DNA from: Perna viridis
Lineage: Eukaryota
NCBI GenBank assembly: GCA_037379345.1
Contig: CM074514.1
Coordinates: 17,980,001 to 18,044,000 of the forward strand
Direction of reading: 5' to 3'
Length of the DNA stretch: 64,000 nt
The position numbers and the translations under genes were made by a program. Positions 24,615 to 38,200 of this stretch are shown one piece after another. A model generated the notes under the pieces. It saw only the letters and a program-made list of their open reading frames with translations. It did not search any database and had not been told where the DNA came from. How positions within the stretch are numbered: position 1 is the stretch's first letter; each line of letters starts with the position of its first letter.

Positions 24615-26205
24615 TTAAGTGCTTATACCGCTTTTTAGAAGTTTGGAAGAACAACTGGAAAGTGAATTAAGAAATTTGTTCTTAGAGAAATACAAGTAGT
24701 GACACAAATTAAACTAACTACTGATAACACTGACAAAATGCCAGAATATCTATTAAAATATTATCTCTTGCAGTATGAAACATAATTAGTTATGACAAAA
24801 TTTTCAAAATAAATCTTGTTTTTATTGGCAAACCATCTTATTTCTGTAACTATCAAGAAACCTCTTAAGTAACAAGTCTTTCCTTTTTAATTGCATTAAT
24901 GAAAATAAAACAAATCATTTGAACTGGCCAAATAACATTTGCAAAATCTATATTTGACTTCAATTAAAAACACTTGGTGTATCAGAATTTTTGACAGATA
25001 TTCTAATTGTACATAAACACTTGTAGATTGACCATGGAAAATAACAAATCTGCAGATTTACCATGGAAGGTATCAGATCTGTAACTTTAAATATGCTATA
25101 ACATCATTAAAAAGTAACATATATGTAAGGGAAAAAAACTATAAAAACATAACAACCTTCTCAAATAACATATAGAATGATTAAATATGTAAATAAATAA
25201 CGTCGTAGTACATAATTGTTAAATGGAGAAATACTGTAAATTCATAGTCCATGTATTTTGATCTTCTACTCAAATAAATATTACCAAAGAATTAGGAGGT
25301 GCATATAATAACAGGTTGTAAGCAAAATCCTCAATTATCAATAAAAAAAAAAACCATGCTTTGGTTCATTTTTTTCTAAAGCATTTTCATCAAGGTGGGT
25401 GTGTAAAAAATCTTTTTGAAAAGATGTTTTCCATCAAATACACTCTGGTACATTTATGTACTCAGAATAAATTAAAATTCATTTACATGACATTATACTT
25501 TGTAATCAACCATAAGGTGCTATAGAAACTGTGGTCTCTTCCATTGAAGACTTTTGCCTGATGAACCACATAACATTTATTGTTAAATCTACAGTTTAAA
25601 CATTTTATTTATTATTGCACATAACTATGCTAAAACAATGAAAACAAAACAAAATGTTGCTGGATTTCAAGATTTCAAGATTAATACAATATTGCACTAA
25701 AATGGATAACAAATGGTTATTTAATTAACCACAGCATTAAAGTAAATGTATTTCTAAGGAGAAAAAAAAAAATTTAGTTGGAAAATATAAGAAATTTCAT
25801 TAAAATTAATATCTACCCTGAGATGTTTCCTGTAGAAGGCCATTTCTTTATATCATATTTAATGATCAGAACTTTGAGACGTACTTTAAAACACAAATTA
25901 ACCCGTACTAGTAAATTAGGAGGAATAACATTTATGAAATTGTTTATAGAAAAAAAATATGAGACATTGTTTTACAACAAAAAATATGGCCCATTGTTGT
26001 ACAATTGCATCAAAACTTATAATAATTTTTTTATATCAAATTAATATATGCAGCAATCTATATTTTGGTCCACAAACTCTATGTATTTTGAAGAAAATTC
26101 AATGCTATCATACTATCATAGTGAGTTTAACCACATTTGAGACAAATTACATTGTATAACATCCATTGCCCATTACAAAGCAATTGTATCCCTGTTGAGG
26201 TAAGT

Positions 26206-26289
26206 TTATCTGAAACCTCTACCAAAGTACCTGTTGACAAGTTCCCTTAGTCTTACTACGTCCTCCATACTCAAGTCATCATAGTATGT
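26206..26289 (-). CDS. CPE: CPE terminal exon ([27 protein letters not shown])
   Basis: Acceptor tttttttgtag, phase 0, stop TAA. Confidence 0.7.
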   Translation of the reverse strand, partial: TYYDDLSMEDVVRLRELVNRYFGRGFR

Positions 26290-29200
26290 CTACAAAAAAA
26301 ATATGATAATATTCATTAACTATAAAATAAACAATTTATAGTGAGTAAAATAATTAACTTTAGAGGACAGAGTTTGTTTTCCCTTGACAGAATTAACATT
26401 ACCTGAAGAACTGCCAAAAGTTAACCAGACAGTTAATTGACAAGGAGATTTAAATTTCTATCAAACATAGATTACAGTACCTATGGAATAAAAAGAAATT
26501 ATAAATCTCCTTGTCAATTGTCCAACTACTTGCACATTTCATCAGGTCATTTAATTAGGTGAAGCCTAACTCTATAAACCGAAAGTTAACTATTTTACTT
26601 GCTGTAATAAATGTTACATAAGAGGGCTACCAGAGAACTTACAAATATCATTTAGACTTGATAAAGTAAATAATAAAGAGCTTTGTCGAGTGTAGCATGC
26701 TACAACTCCAACATGATGAAGTCTGTTCACTCAGGGCTATTGTGAACACAATATTTGTTTCCTACACACTTAAAGACAGGGACTTGCAATTAATTAAGGA
26801 AACAACAACTGGTCTGGGCTCAATACTGCAGAAAATTTGAAATTGAATTGAAGTTAAAGCAGTTCTGCTATAGGGGTGTTCACCTAACACATTTGCCTTG
26901 ATCCCTATAAATAAAAAAAACAAAAGAAATATCTGAAATCTGATTGGAAAGCAGGCAGTGATTTACATAGGAATCTAATAAAATAAATTTCAAAATCAGC
27001 CAAAAATTGAAAAAGATTTTTGGGGTGTGGCCCACTTTGGCCCATTAATTCTTAATAAATCAAAGAGATTTCCAAAAATTGATTGAAAATGGCAGGCAGG
27101 GGTTTTTGTATGGCATCTAATAAAATAAATTTCAAAGTCAGACAAAAAAGTTTTCTTGGCATGGCTTGACCTTTCACCTCCTATACATTTTTGAACTTCA
27201 AAGCCATTATAGATACAAGATTTCAAAGGGAACACAGCAAAATCAGCTTAACAACAAACACTTTCTTTCAATTATAACACCTATTTTCCCCCTTTTAGTC
27301 CCTTATTTTCATAGGATTTGGGGTCAAAATCTACAAAATTTTTTGGGTACTCCAACAAACATGTCACAAAAAACAATGTGTTAAAATTTAAAAATGACTC
27401 AAGATATTGTAAATAAACCAGAAGTAGTGGATGCCGACAACAACAGCATGATACAATTAAACATGATATGGTCAGACTTGTACAGTTATGACTGATCAAC
27501 TGTAAACAGTGAACATTAAAAAAAAAAAAAGAGTTATGATTGAATCTTATCTGGTAGAGTTTGTATATAATGGTATGTTTACTAAATTCATGTATTGTGT
27601 ATTGTGCAAATGATTTCCCAAAATATCAGAAATTTAGATACATAGATATATATAAATACCCTCTCATTGACAGCTGGTTCTTCTTTTCTGATTGGATCCA
27701 GTGCAAAGTCCTGAACAAGAGCTTCAGTCATTGGTTGATTGTGAACTTCAACCTCAACCTCTTGTGGGTAATACCCTGTCCTTTCCACTCTAAGTTTGTA
27801 GCGACCATCAATCAGAATTCTATAGTAATCACCATCCTTATCTACAAAGTAATATCAGTAAAATAGAATCTAATACATGTATCATTTTAAAATGTTTTTG
27901 ATAATTAACCTTCAAGGCTTTCATACACACTGTTACATTTAAATTACAGTATTCAAATCTTAGATGTATCTTTAAGTATGTGTAAAACAGACAATCTGCT
28001 TATCATCTCTAAGCACACTAAGATCTCATACCAAATATATTAATAAGCTTAACATCAGACAATTGATAAACTATTTGATTAACATACAATAAATCCAATT
28101 TATGAAATCTTAACTTTCTTTAATTCATTCAAACTAAAAAATATTTCAGTACAATGTATCATAATTATGAGGTACCACATGGTTCGCTTCTGAAGTCCAG
28201 CATGCTAACCATCATGCCATCTGTCATTGCCATAAAAAAATGATTATAAGCAGCTGTACTGCAGATGACAGTGTTACATACTTGTTATCCATGGAGTTTT
28301 CTACTGTTAATTAGCAATGCACAGCATTTTTTTCAAATTCACAGTATCATAAACTATTTTTATGACCTTCAAGGTGAATTCTTTTACCATATAATCCCTA
28401 CTTCATGGTATGGGATAAATCATGTATTACTTGTTAACAGACACGACTCAAACTTTCTTAATACATACTTGAGGTAATATCATGACGTATGTACTGGACC
28501 TGATCTGGATCTTCTCCCTCAGGGACTGCCTTGGTCAAATTGTAAACCTTTATTACAGCATTTCTGATTGGAGATTTGCTGAAGGCATCAGTCACTACTC
28601 CCTTTACTCCATCATGTACCTAGAATAATAATCAAGACATAACAGATCAAATTAACTGTAGCCCTTCCAACTTTGTTAGATGGGGTATAATGACTGTTAT
28701 GCTATCCTCATAAACACTGAAACCAAGTGACTACTGATGGATGGAAAGAAACATAAACACACCAACCAGATAAAAGCCATACAGTACAACTACATAAATT
28801 TTATCATAGGTTATCATACCTGCATCATGTAGTTAATGAGAGCTTCTTTGTTCTGTATCCAGTAGTCTCCTTCTTCTTCAGCTTTGGGAAACTTGTCACA
28901 TCCTAACTCAAGGGTGATCTCAAAACAATTTGTTTCCAGTAAGTTATAGTCCTGCATACCTGTATATACACAAATACTATTAGTAAAATTGTATGGGAAC
29001 AAAGTTTCAAATCAGTAGAGCAAAGAAAAAAGCCAAAAAGTCCTATAATCAAAATTGAACAATGACAATTTTCTCCCATGTAGTACACAAAGTATAACTT
29101 TTCTGAAAGGGGCTGTTTGCTTCAAAAGAAAAAAATATTTATGATGGTAATTTAGTAAAAATCTGTACAAAGTAATTACATACCAGTATGTTTTTACGAA

Positions 29201-32200
29201 CATTACTAACCTACACCCCTAAAGGCCTGTGTAGCAAACACGGCAAATCATTGTAGTCCTATTATTTTATCTAGCAGAACTCATTTTTCATTTACTGAGA
29301 CCCAACTATCAGAGACTTTATTAGGCCTTTGTGATTAACATTCACTTTATCGAATTAAAGATTCTTTAAATCTTTGATAGTTTTCATTAATAACTAAAAC
29401 ACTTTTCAACTTTAAAAGACAATAACTATATTCAGATTTTATCCTACAACTAACCAAAGGAGACTCCTACGTTCATTACATAAACTTAAAATTTCTTTCA
29501 ATCTGTTATAGTTATAAAAATATTAGCTAAAAATGTCATTTTTTAAGATGAAGCTGCATACAGAATTTAGCAATATGAATGGTTGCTAAAGATGGCGGCA
29601 TACAAAGAATGACTATATATCTCTTATAATATTTTTAAGATAACAGAGATAAAAGTGAATACATTTAGAAGTGTACGAATAATGTCAATGATTTGCGATG
29701 CAAAACAGACTATATAGATTTGAAATTTTCAAGCCACCACCTTTGATATTCAAATAATCTTACCTCCAGGAACAGCATACCAGTCTGCACCATTAGTAAT
29801 GCCATCTTCAAATAAATCATCTCCAGACATGTCACATGGTTCTCTGTTCTTATCAGCCATCAGAGTGTGCTTCTCAGAGTAACTCTCAGCCAAATACCTA
29901 AAAAGTACAAAGAATTATTGTGTAGTGTAAAAGATCAGACATTTGCTTACATTATAACACCATATAAAACATGTATGTTTCTATGACATTAATATCCAGA
30001 CATTCCTTCCAATCATGGAATGCAATAAAAATCACATGTAAAATGAACCACTTCATGATAGAAAAACTCAAAAAATCTAGGAAAATTCTAAACTCAATAA
30101 AAACAAAATTTAAGTCAGAAAATATTTTTTAACCAAAGAACAAATAATTAATTTCACTGCATTTAACAATTAAGCTATACTTTTGTCAACTAGAATAGGT
30201 GTAGCTTAGTAAGAATGCAGAGGTCACACCCAGAATAGTTGCGGTAAATATGGACACACCATTTAAGCTCAGAATTATGATTGCAATTACTGTGTTTGAC
30301 ACTGGATGAAAAATTATACAGAATGTAAATGGACTCTTTTGGCCCCCAATTATTCTACAGTTCAAGACACAACTTCTTAAGTAAAACCAACCTTTCTATG
30401 ATGGTATGGATCATGGTACAATTTAAAAGAGAGGCATTTGATTAAGTTACTGTCCAGTCATCATGCTTGTTTTTGGCACCTTACTCCAAAGCAGTTCCGA
30501 TCACAAGAAAAAAAACCCTCTCAAAAAGGACTATACACTTATAACCCCAAACAATATTTTTCTACCTGAAAGTTGCATCATCAGGGCTAGCTGTGTAGCC
30601 ATGTTGTGAGTTGTCCCTAGTTGCATCATATGGGTAGTTAGCCACTAGATCACCACCATGGAGATTGGATGACAGAACAAATGGTATATCATTTAACCAA
30701 ATCATTATAGCTTTAGTCTCAGGTTGCAGCTACAATAAAAACATACATGTCAAGACTAATGTTATGTGGCAAGAAATACTTAAGGTTAAAAAACAGGGCA
30801 AAGCAACTTAATTTAATACATGTTTATCTCTGAAATAGCATAGGCAGATTTTTTCTTATTGATTGTCTAGCTTTACAATGTACTATTGGTTACTTATACA
30901 ATATATACAACTTGGGTAATAGGGACCAATAACATCAGTAAGCTCCTATATATACTAGTAGTTGTCTGAAACATGAATTACTAAAAATGGTTCTGTAGGA
31001 AGTGACGTAGACAGTGTTAAGAAGTGATTGTCTGAACTTTTAACACAGATGCATAGGGTGTGTTTTAGGACAGGTACTGACTAATTAAAACTTACTCCTG
31101 GAGTTTCCATGGCTTCTGTAAATGGCTCTAGATGATTGTTCTTGCCACCATTCTGCTCATTGTAATACATTTTCTGATTCAGTTTAGGAAAGTTACGATT
31201 CAAATCAACATTGTTGGCATTTGATCTTCCTTTTAACCAATTTTTCTGCCCATTCTGCAAAAAAAACCACATAGTATTCATGAATAAAAAAATTTATAGA
31301 CAGCTAAAATTATGTCAAAACTGTAATAATTAAAATACACTGTGAACCTATTGCCTTTCCCTAGTTAATACAGGTACATGTACTGGAGACATGTGCCATT
31401 TCTATGCATCACCATACTCTTTCAGAAGCCACTTCCATAAGTTGAGCTTATTCATTAAGGATACATGTAGACAGACAAATGGTAGAATTATATTAATTAT
31501 TGCTGGATCTAGATACCTACAAACTCTCCTTGAATGAGGTATGAAAGCTAGTAATTTATTATTTGATATTTACTTAAGTTGGAGAAAATATAAATGCTGA
31601 ACTAGAGAACTGGAAATCTAGTGACCTGTGACCATATAATTATTATGGGAAACAAAATGTATATCATTTCTAGGTCTTTCCTCCAACAATTTAAATGGCA
31701 ACTTAGAGCAACCGCAGCCACCTGTTGAGCCATTCATCCAATCCACAAGAAAAGTGAAATGTTTGTAAGGAGCATTGAGGTCAACAACCCTAAGATCAAG
31801 ATTCAAAACATTGTCAACTGTGGTATCAGGGGACTTAATCTTTGAAAAACTGACCAATCTTGACCCTGTTTACAAAAAAAATCAAAGTTCTGTCAGCAAT
31901 GGTGGTTTTTGATTCTTGTGAAATTTGTAGCATAAACAAAATTTTGAAGATTACATGATGTACATTGTAATTAAAACTATGATCATAAATTTACATTTTT
32001 CATATTTAAAGCTGCATTAGCTGCCAAATTTGTTCAGTTTTGATTCTACTGAAATTTGCTGATTCAATGAAATAATACCTACAGAATATTGTGAAAACAA
32101 CATTTTTTAAACAGAGGAGATTGATAGCTCTGATCTAATTATTTCTTGCCATTACTTCTGAAGATTCCCGACAGAACATTTACCTGGGTTAAAAATACTT

Positions 32201-35200
32201 TAACCTTGGTAAAAAAAAAAATTACAATAACGGATACATGTATGCATGTGTCTTGTTTTCGTTTCATTTCATCTATTTTTGGATTAGTTTTCAAATAAAT
32301 AATGACCATATTTGAGCCATATTATATCACAATACGCAAGTTTCAAAAAGATCCTTGCGTTATATTTGAACTTTTTACTTTTACAGCTTGAGTTTGTCTG
32401 TCTTCCTTGCCGCTAAAAAACCACTTTTGTTTGCAATCAGATTTGTTATTAAAAGAGTGACCCCTACAGCACATGCGCAGATTAAGGTCATCAGAAGTTA
32501 TATGCATACGAATTTAGCTAAGGCGATATTTGTCTTTCAAGACAATAAATACATAGACACCTATTCCATGTATTTAATGCATTTTATTTCTGGTATCAAA
32601 TTAAATTATACAGGAAAAGTACAATTTAGTAGTAATAATTCAAAGTTAAGGTATATTTCATCAGAAACAAATATTTACAAAAATGACAGCTAATGCAGCT
32701 TTAGTACCAAGAACTGTTTTTCCCTAACATGTATAAACTGAATGTCAATCCATACTTCTGATCCAAGTACACACAAATACAATTTTTGTTCCATTTCACC
32801 TTTTTCTAAATTTTTAAAACTGTCCAAAAGTTAATTTGCATTAACATTACAAAACTATAGTAACAGATTATTTATTATACTCAAATAAAATCAATTTCAG
32901 CTTAAGAAAATAATTTCCTTGATGAACATAAGATTTCCAAACTCTTGACACTTATGTCAGTTTGAATTTTCTCACCAATTTTACTTGGTTAAAATCACAG
33001 CTCTTCACTTCCTGTTTATCAATGGTTGATTATTAATGAAAAGATGGAGAAATTGACTGATAAGTTTGTTAAATGGAGCATGCTTCACAAATTTTATGCT
33101 TCTTGACACATAACTGCAGGAACTAAATCTAAATGCAAATTCATTACTGAATATTATTCAAGGCCAAAGAAGTCCCTCACATCTTCAGTTGATATGAAGA
33201 CTAGATCTCAATTCTATTTGCAGAAATAATAGAATCTTATTGAGCTGAGTAATTGCAAGAAACATATTTACTGGTTAAAAACTCAGAATTTGAGGAAATT
33301 GTCAATTTTTATTTTTTGAAACCCTGGCTAGAACCTTAAATAACCTCTGGCAGCAATTTCGCTTTATCAATCTAAACTCAGGGGGAGCATTTGTAGAGGC
33401 TCTTCCTTACACCATTTCTGTTCATTGTGATTCATGTGTAGACCTCTGATAAAAGAGAAGACTCCATATTCATATCAGAGCTCCTGTGTATAATTGTGGA
33501 CACAGAAGCCATCACATTGTTAGAATAAGTAGCTTGTTTTTAATGAGCACTCATTCAAATTCTCCATTCAGTCCATTAGCTTTTACAAAAAAACCCAGTA
33601 CCACTCAAGTTATATGTGTTAACAATTTATTACTTGCCATTTTAAAATTCTGGGAGTATCAGGTACTGAATCTTATCTTAGTAGTCATTTAGTTTCACCA
33701 TATGTCTTCCAAATATACCCCTGTTACTTGAATAATTACATTTTTATGTGTCTACACTACTTCAAATCAATTATCCATCATAAAAAACGGAAAGTAATAT
33801 TTTTCCTTATATAAAAATTACCTGCTATATATAGATGAAGGTATGAACACATAATATCAAATTTCCTATAAAACTTAATTAAAAGTTCTGAGCACAGATT
33901 GTTTTGGACAAAGTATCAATAAAATACAATTATATCTGAGATATTGTAATGGTAACAGTAATTGTTAACATGTGTGGGTGGTTCAGAAAGATCTCAGGGG
34001 CAATTACTTTTTATAGTCTGGATACTTCTGAGAATAAATTAAATTAATGACCATTTTGAAACTTTTGTGTTTCTACATCAAGAATTATATTGTGATCTTA
34101 AATGTAATTAAGTTTTAAATACAAAAGTTGGATAAACCAAACATAGATTAAAGCCTGTGTACCAAAAGAACCTAGATCTCTAACTGGGATGGTCCTGATA
34201 CAAATGCAAGTTCATACCAAACCAACAAGAATACTACATTCAACTTTATAACTCTGCCAGTGATTGAAACATTAAAGTCCCATAACTCTCTACAACTTGG
34301 CAGTGTGAATATGACCAAGTCTGTATTGGTCTCAGTATCGTATTAATTTTCCCATAGACTTCTATAGTGAAGTGCATATTTTTAGGATTTTTTAAAAAAT
34401 ATGTAAATTGATTCAATAAAACTTTCACTTATGTAGCATTTCTAAGGACATGTGAAAAAATAATTTCCTGCAAAGAAAATAGGTTGAGTCCACGAAGATT
34501 GGACAGAAAAGTAGTCTTGAACTATAAATAGCCATTTTCCCTACTTTCACTTTCGTTTTGCACTCACCTAACCAACCTTTTCAGTGGAACATTTTTATGA
34601 TATTATGTTAGATTTTCTTTTAAAAAAGTTCTTCATCTTACAGTGTGATGTTTGCTCTATTTTTTAAGTCATTGTTCATGTCTTTTGACAAAACATTAGT
34701 TTGTAGAGAGGCAAAAAGAAAATGCACTATATTTTTATGGCATCCATGTTTTGACGTACACCCGCTCAGGGATATGCAATACGATACTGGTACCTATTAC
34801 TAATAAACATTTCAATATAATCCTAAAAGTTGTTGTTTTTCTGCTAGAGTATTCATTTCCATACTGAAAATTCAGAATATCATTGCCCTGCTACAAACAT
34901 GAGTTTTCTATTAAAATTCTTATATAGGTACCCTATTCCAGGCATAAGACTAATATCTCAATGTTAGCCAGAAAATATTACTTTTGATAAAAAGCTGCTG
35001 CATTAATCAAACTAAGCAACTTTGTGGTTTATTCTGACATGGTAGATACATAAGCTGTACTATGAGTTCCAAATCATTATTTAATCCCCACTTGTGAGTT
35101 CCATATATGGAAATATTAATATCCGAACCTCCTTTTTTGTCTTTAACTCAAGGGAGCCTCTTGTTTAAAGTAAAGTATAATGACCGGTACAACCAACTGT

Positions 35201-38200
35201 TTTAAACTATAGATATGGTCATTTCAATTATAATAAATCCAGAAAAAATTATACCAATATCATAGTTTTAAAAAAATATAGCTTTTCATATGCAGAAAAT
35301 ACAGATTTTAAGCCATTTTGGTACCCCAGGCAGATACAAATGGACCTCAATGTCACAGGAAAAGGACTTTTTCTTTAAAACAGATAGCTATGATGCAAGA
35401 CATATAGTTTACTGGTATAAATATTATAATAACAATTGTCTGCTTTAGATACTTTTTGAAAAAATTCAGTTTTTATATGAAAAAACACCATTATTTTTCT
35501 TGCCGCATTAGAATCTGTCCATTTGAACCACTAAAAAAAGTCCACTAAAAAATTGGCTGATGACTTTTGTGACATTTCTGTGTTTAAATCAACCACACAG
35601 TTATATGGCAACTCATTTTAGCTATTTATTTGAAAGAAAAACAAAAAATAAAAAAAATATTCATTTTTTCATATATAAGAGGCAATGTATGGAAAATGAC
35701 TATTTTCAAGTCCTAACCACATACTTAAAATGTGTTGTAACTTGAAAACTATCCTTTATGCAGGAGTATTACTTGCTTTAGGTTACCTGAATATAGATAT
35801 GCTCATCATAAATAGTCAAGATAATAATTTTATTGAACTGATATCCTACAAATTCATGAAAACAAAATGCATTTCCAAATTTGGTCAAGATTAACCATAA
35901 ATGCAAAAAACCAGAGCTACCATAAAAAATCAGGTTCAAAAGTTGGCTAATTCATCTTAAAAGTGTTACCTGTATTGGGGTACTACTTTTTCAGCTGGTA
36001 AAGACCACTTGCTGAATATCCAACTTTACTTGAAAAACTGGCTTACTAGGTCTCAGTATCGTATTAATTTTCCCATAGACTTCTATAGTGAAGTGCATAT
36101 TTTTAGGATTTTTTAAAAAATATGTAAATTGATTCAATAAAACTTTCACTTATGTAGCATTTCTAAGGACATGTGAAAAAATAATTTCCTGCAAAGAAAA
36201 TAGGGTGAGTCCACGAAGATTGGACAGAAAAGTAGTCTTGAACTATAAATAGCCATTTTCCCTACTTTCACTTTCGTTTTGCACTCACCTAACCAACCTT
36301 TTCAGTGGAACATTTTTATGATATTATGTTAGATTTTCTTTTAAAAAAGTTCTTCATCTTACAGTGTGATGTTTGCTCTATTTTTTAAGTCATTGTTCAT
36401 GTCTTTTGACAAAACATTAGTTTGTAGAGAGGCAAAAAGAAAATGCACTATATTTTTATGGCATCCATGTTTTGACGTACACCCGCTCAGGGATATGCAA
36501 TACGATACTGGTACCTATTGTGTCATACCACTGTACCAAATTTGACACCCAGTCTCAAGCAGTGTTCTCCCCATGCCATTATACACTGTACTTTGCAGCG
36601 CTATAATTTCTTAGTAATGTGCTATCAGTAATTAATTTTAGTTAGAATGCACTATGGGCATGTGCTATAATTTTGTTGGAAGGCAAAATGAGTTGTGCTA
36701 TGCCAGTGAGCACTGTGCTATTCAAAAATCATGGAACAAACACCGTCAAGGTGTTGCATCCATAAAATACCTTTGATAGAGGGACATGCAGCAAGAACAA
36801 AAATGAATTGACAAAAAAAAACAGCTTTAAGATTATGAAAACCCTAATCTCAAATTAATTATACGTAAAAATAATAACATATAATTCTAATGCTTAAAAA
36901 CAAAAACAAACAGAAAAAAATAAGCATCAAACAGCTGATAATACCTACATGTTTAGTACTCCTATGAAAATCCTGAAAAAATGAAAACTTAAACCAGAAA
37001 AATTAAAAATTATTTCGAAGTCTTTTTAGTTTCCAATGGGAAAATTTCAATTACACATAAATATTCAAATATAATTTGAACAATAGACATATATTTTCCC
37101 TTTATACAGTGTAGTATCATAATGAATCAACTTCCTTTTTCACTTTCTTTACAAAATTTCAATTTTTCAAAATTACTGTGAATCCATTTTACCTTTAATT
37201 TTAAAAAAGCTTTATAATAAGAAAGACAAATATCTCAATTTCATTTGTATGTTTGTTTTAAATTTTATATTTGATTTTGTAAAACTAAGAACAATTTAAA
37301 CATGAATGAAAATATGATGTCAAAAATATACTCATATACAGAGAAAAATTGGGATGTCATTTTTTCCCCCTATTACTTTAAAAATGAATATATTTCAAAA
37401 CTTCTAATGAAAAATTATATTAGATGTAAACAATTAATTTCCGGACATTTTCCTTTCTTTTAATAAAAAAGTCATAAAAATTAATGGTGGGACAGCTGAT
37501 AACAGTTCTTTTGGAAAAAAAATGTAATTTTTGCATAGAAAGCAACAGAAAAAATAAAGAAAAGTTGACTCACTTAAGGCACCATGCTGTATGTGGTAAT
37601 TGTTCACATCCTACAAGATAAATGTTCTGCAGAACAATAACTATACACGGCCAATTTTCTAAATCACATCCATACCAAGAACAGTGATTCAATTATATAT
37701 AACTATATGTAATTAAAATTGCTCTAGCAATCAAATGTCAATTTCATCAAATACATGTCATCGCGGTACATTGGGGTGCACTGAACAGTTACCAGTACAT
37801 TCAGACCCATTGTTCCATGCATAAAACTGGCCTAGACCTATTTCAAAAACTTTATTTTGGTTAGGTTTTGTAAAATGTAGCAAAAGCATTTTTAGATAGA
37901 TATGTAATACATGTGATGGTAAACAAGTATAATTTAAATATTTCAGTGTGCTACGGTAAAGGGTTTTCTCCTCAGCATCAACTGGGTGATTATCTAAGGC
38001 ACTAAATTACACACAAACTTTGGAAACCTGAATCAAAATGAGTATTATTTTTTCCACTTTTTCCATTTTTTCAAATCATGATCTCATGCTGAGATAGTTT
38101 TCAAATAACTTATATTTCTGAGTGTTTGGCACATAGTTTTGAAAAAGAATCTAAGAATTGTACAAAATATTACTGATAGTTTTTTTTATCAATATGTCAC

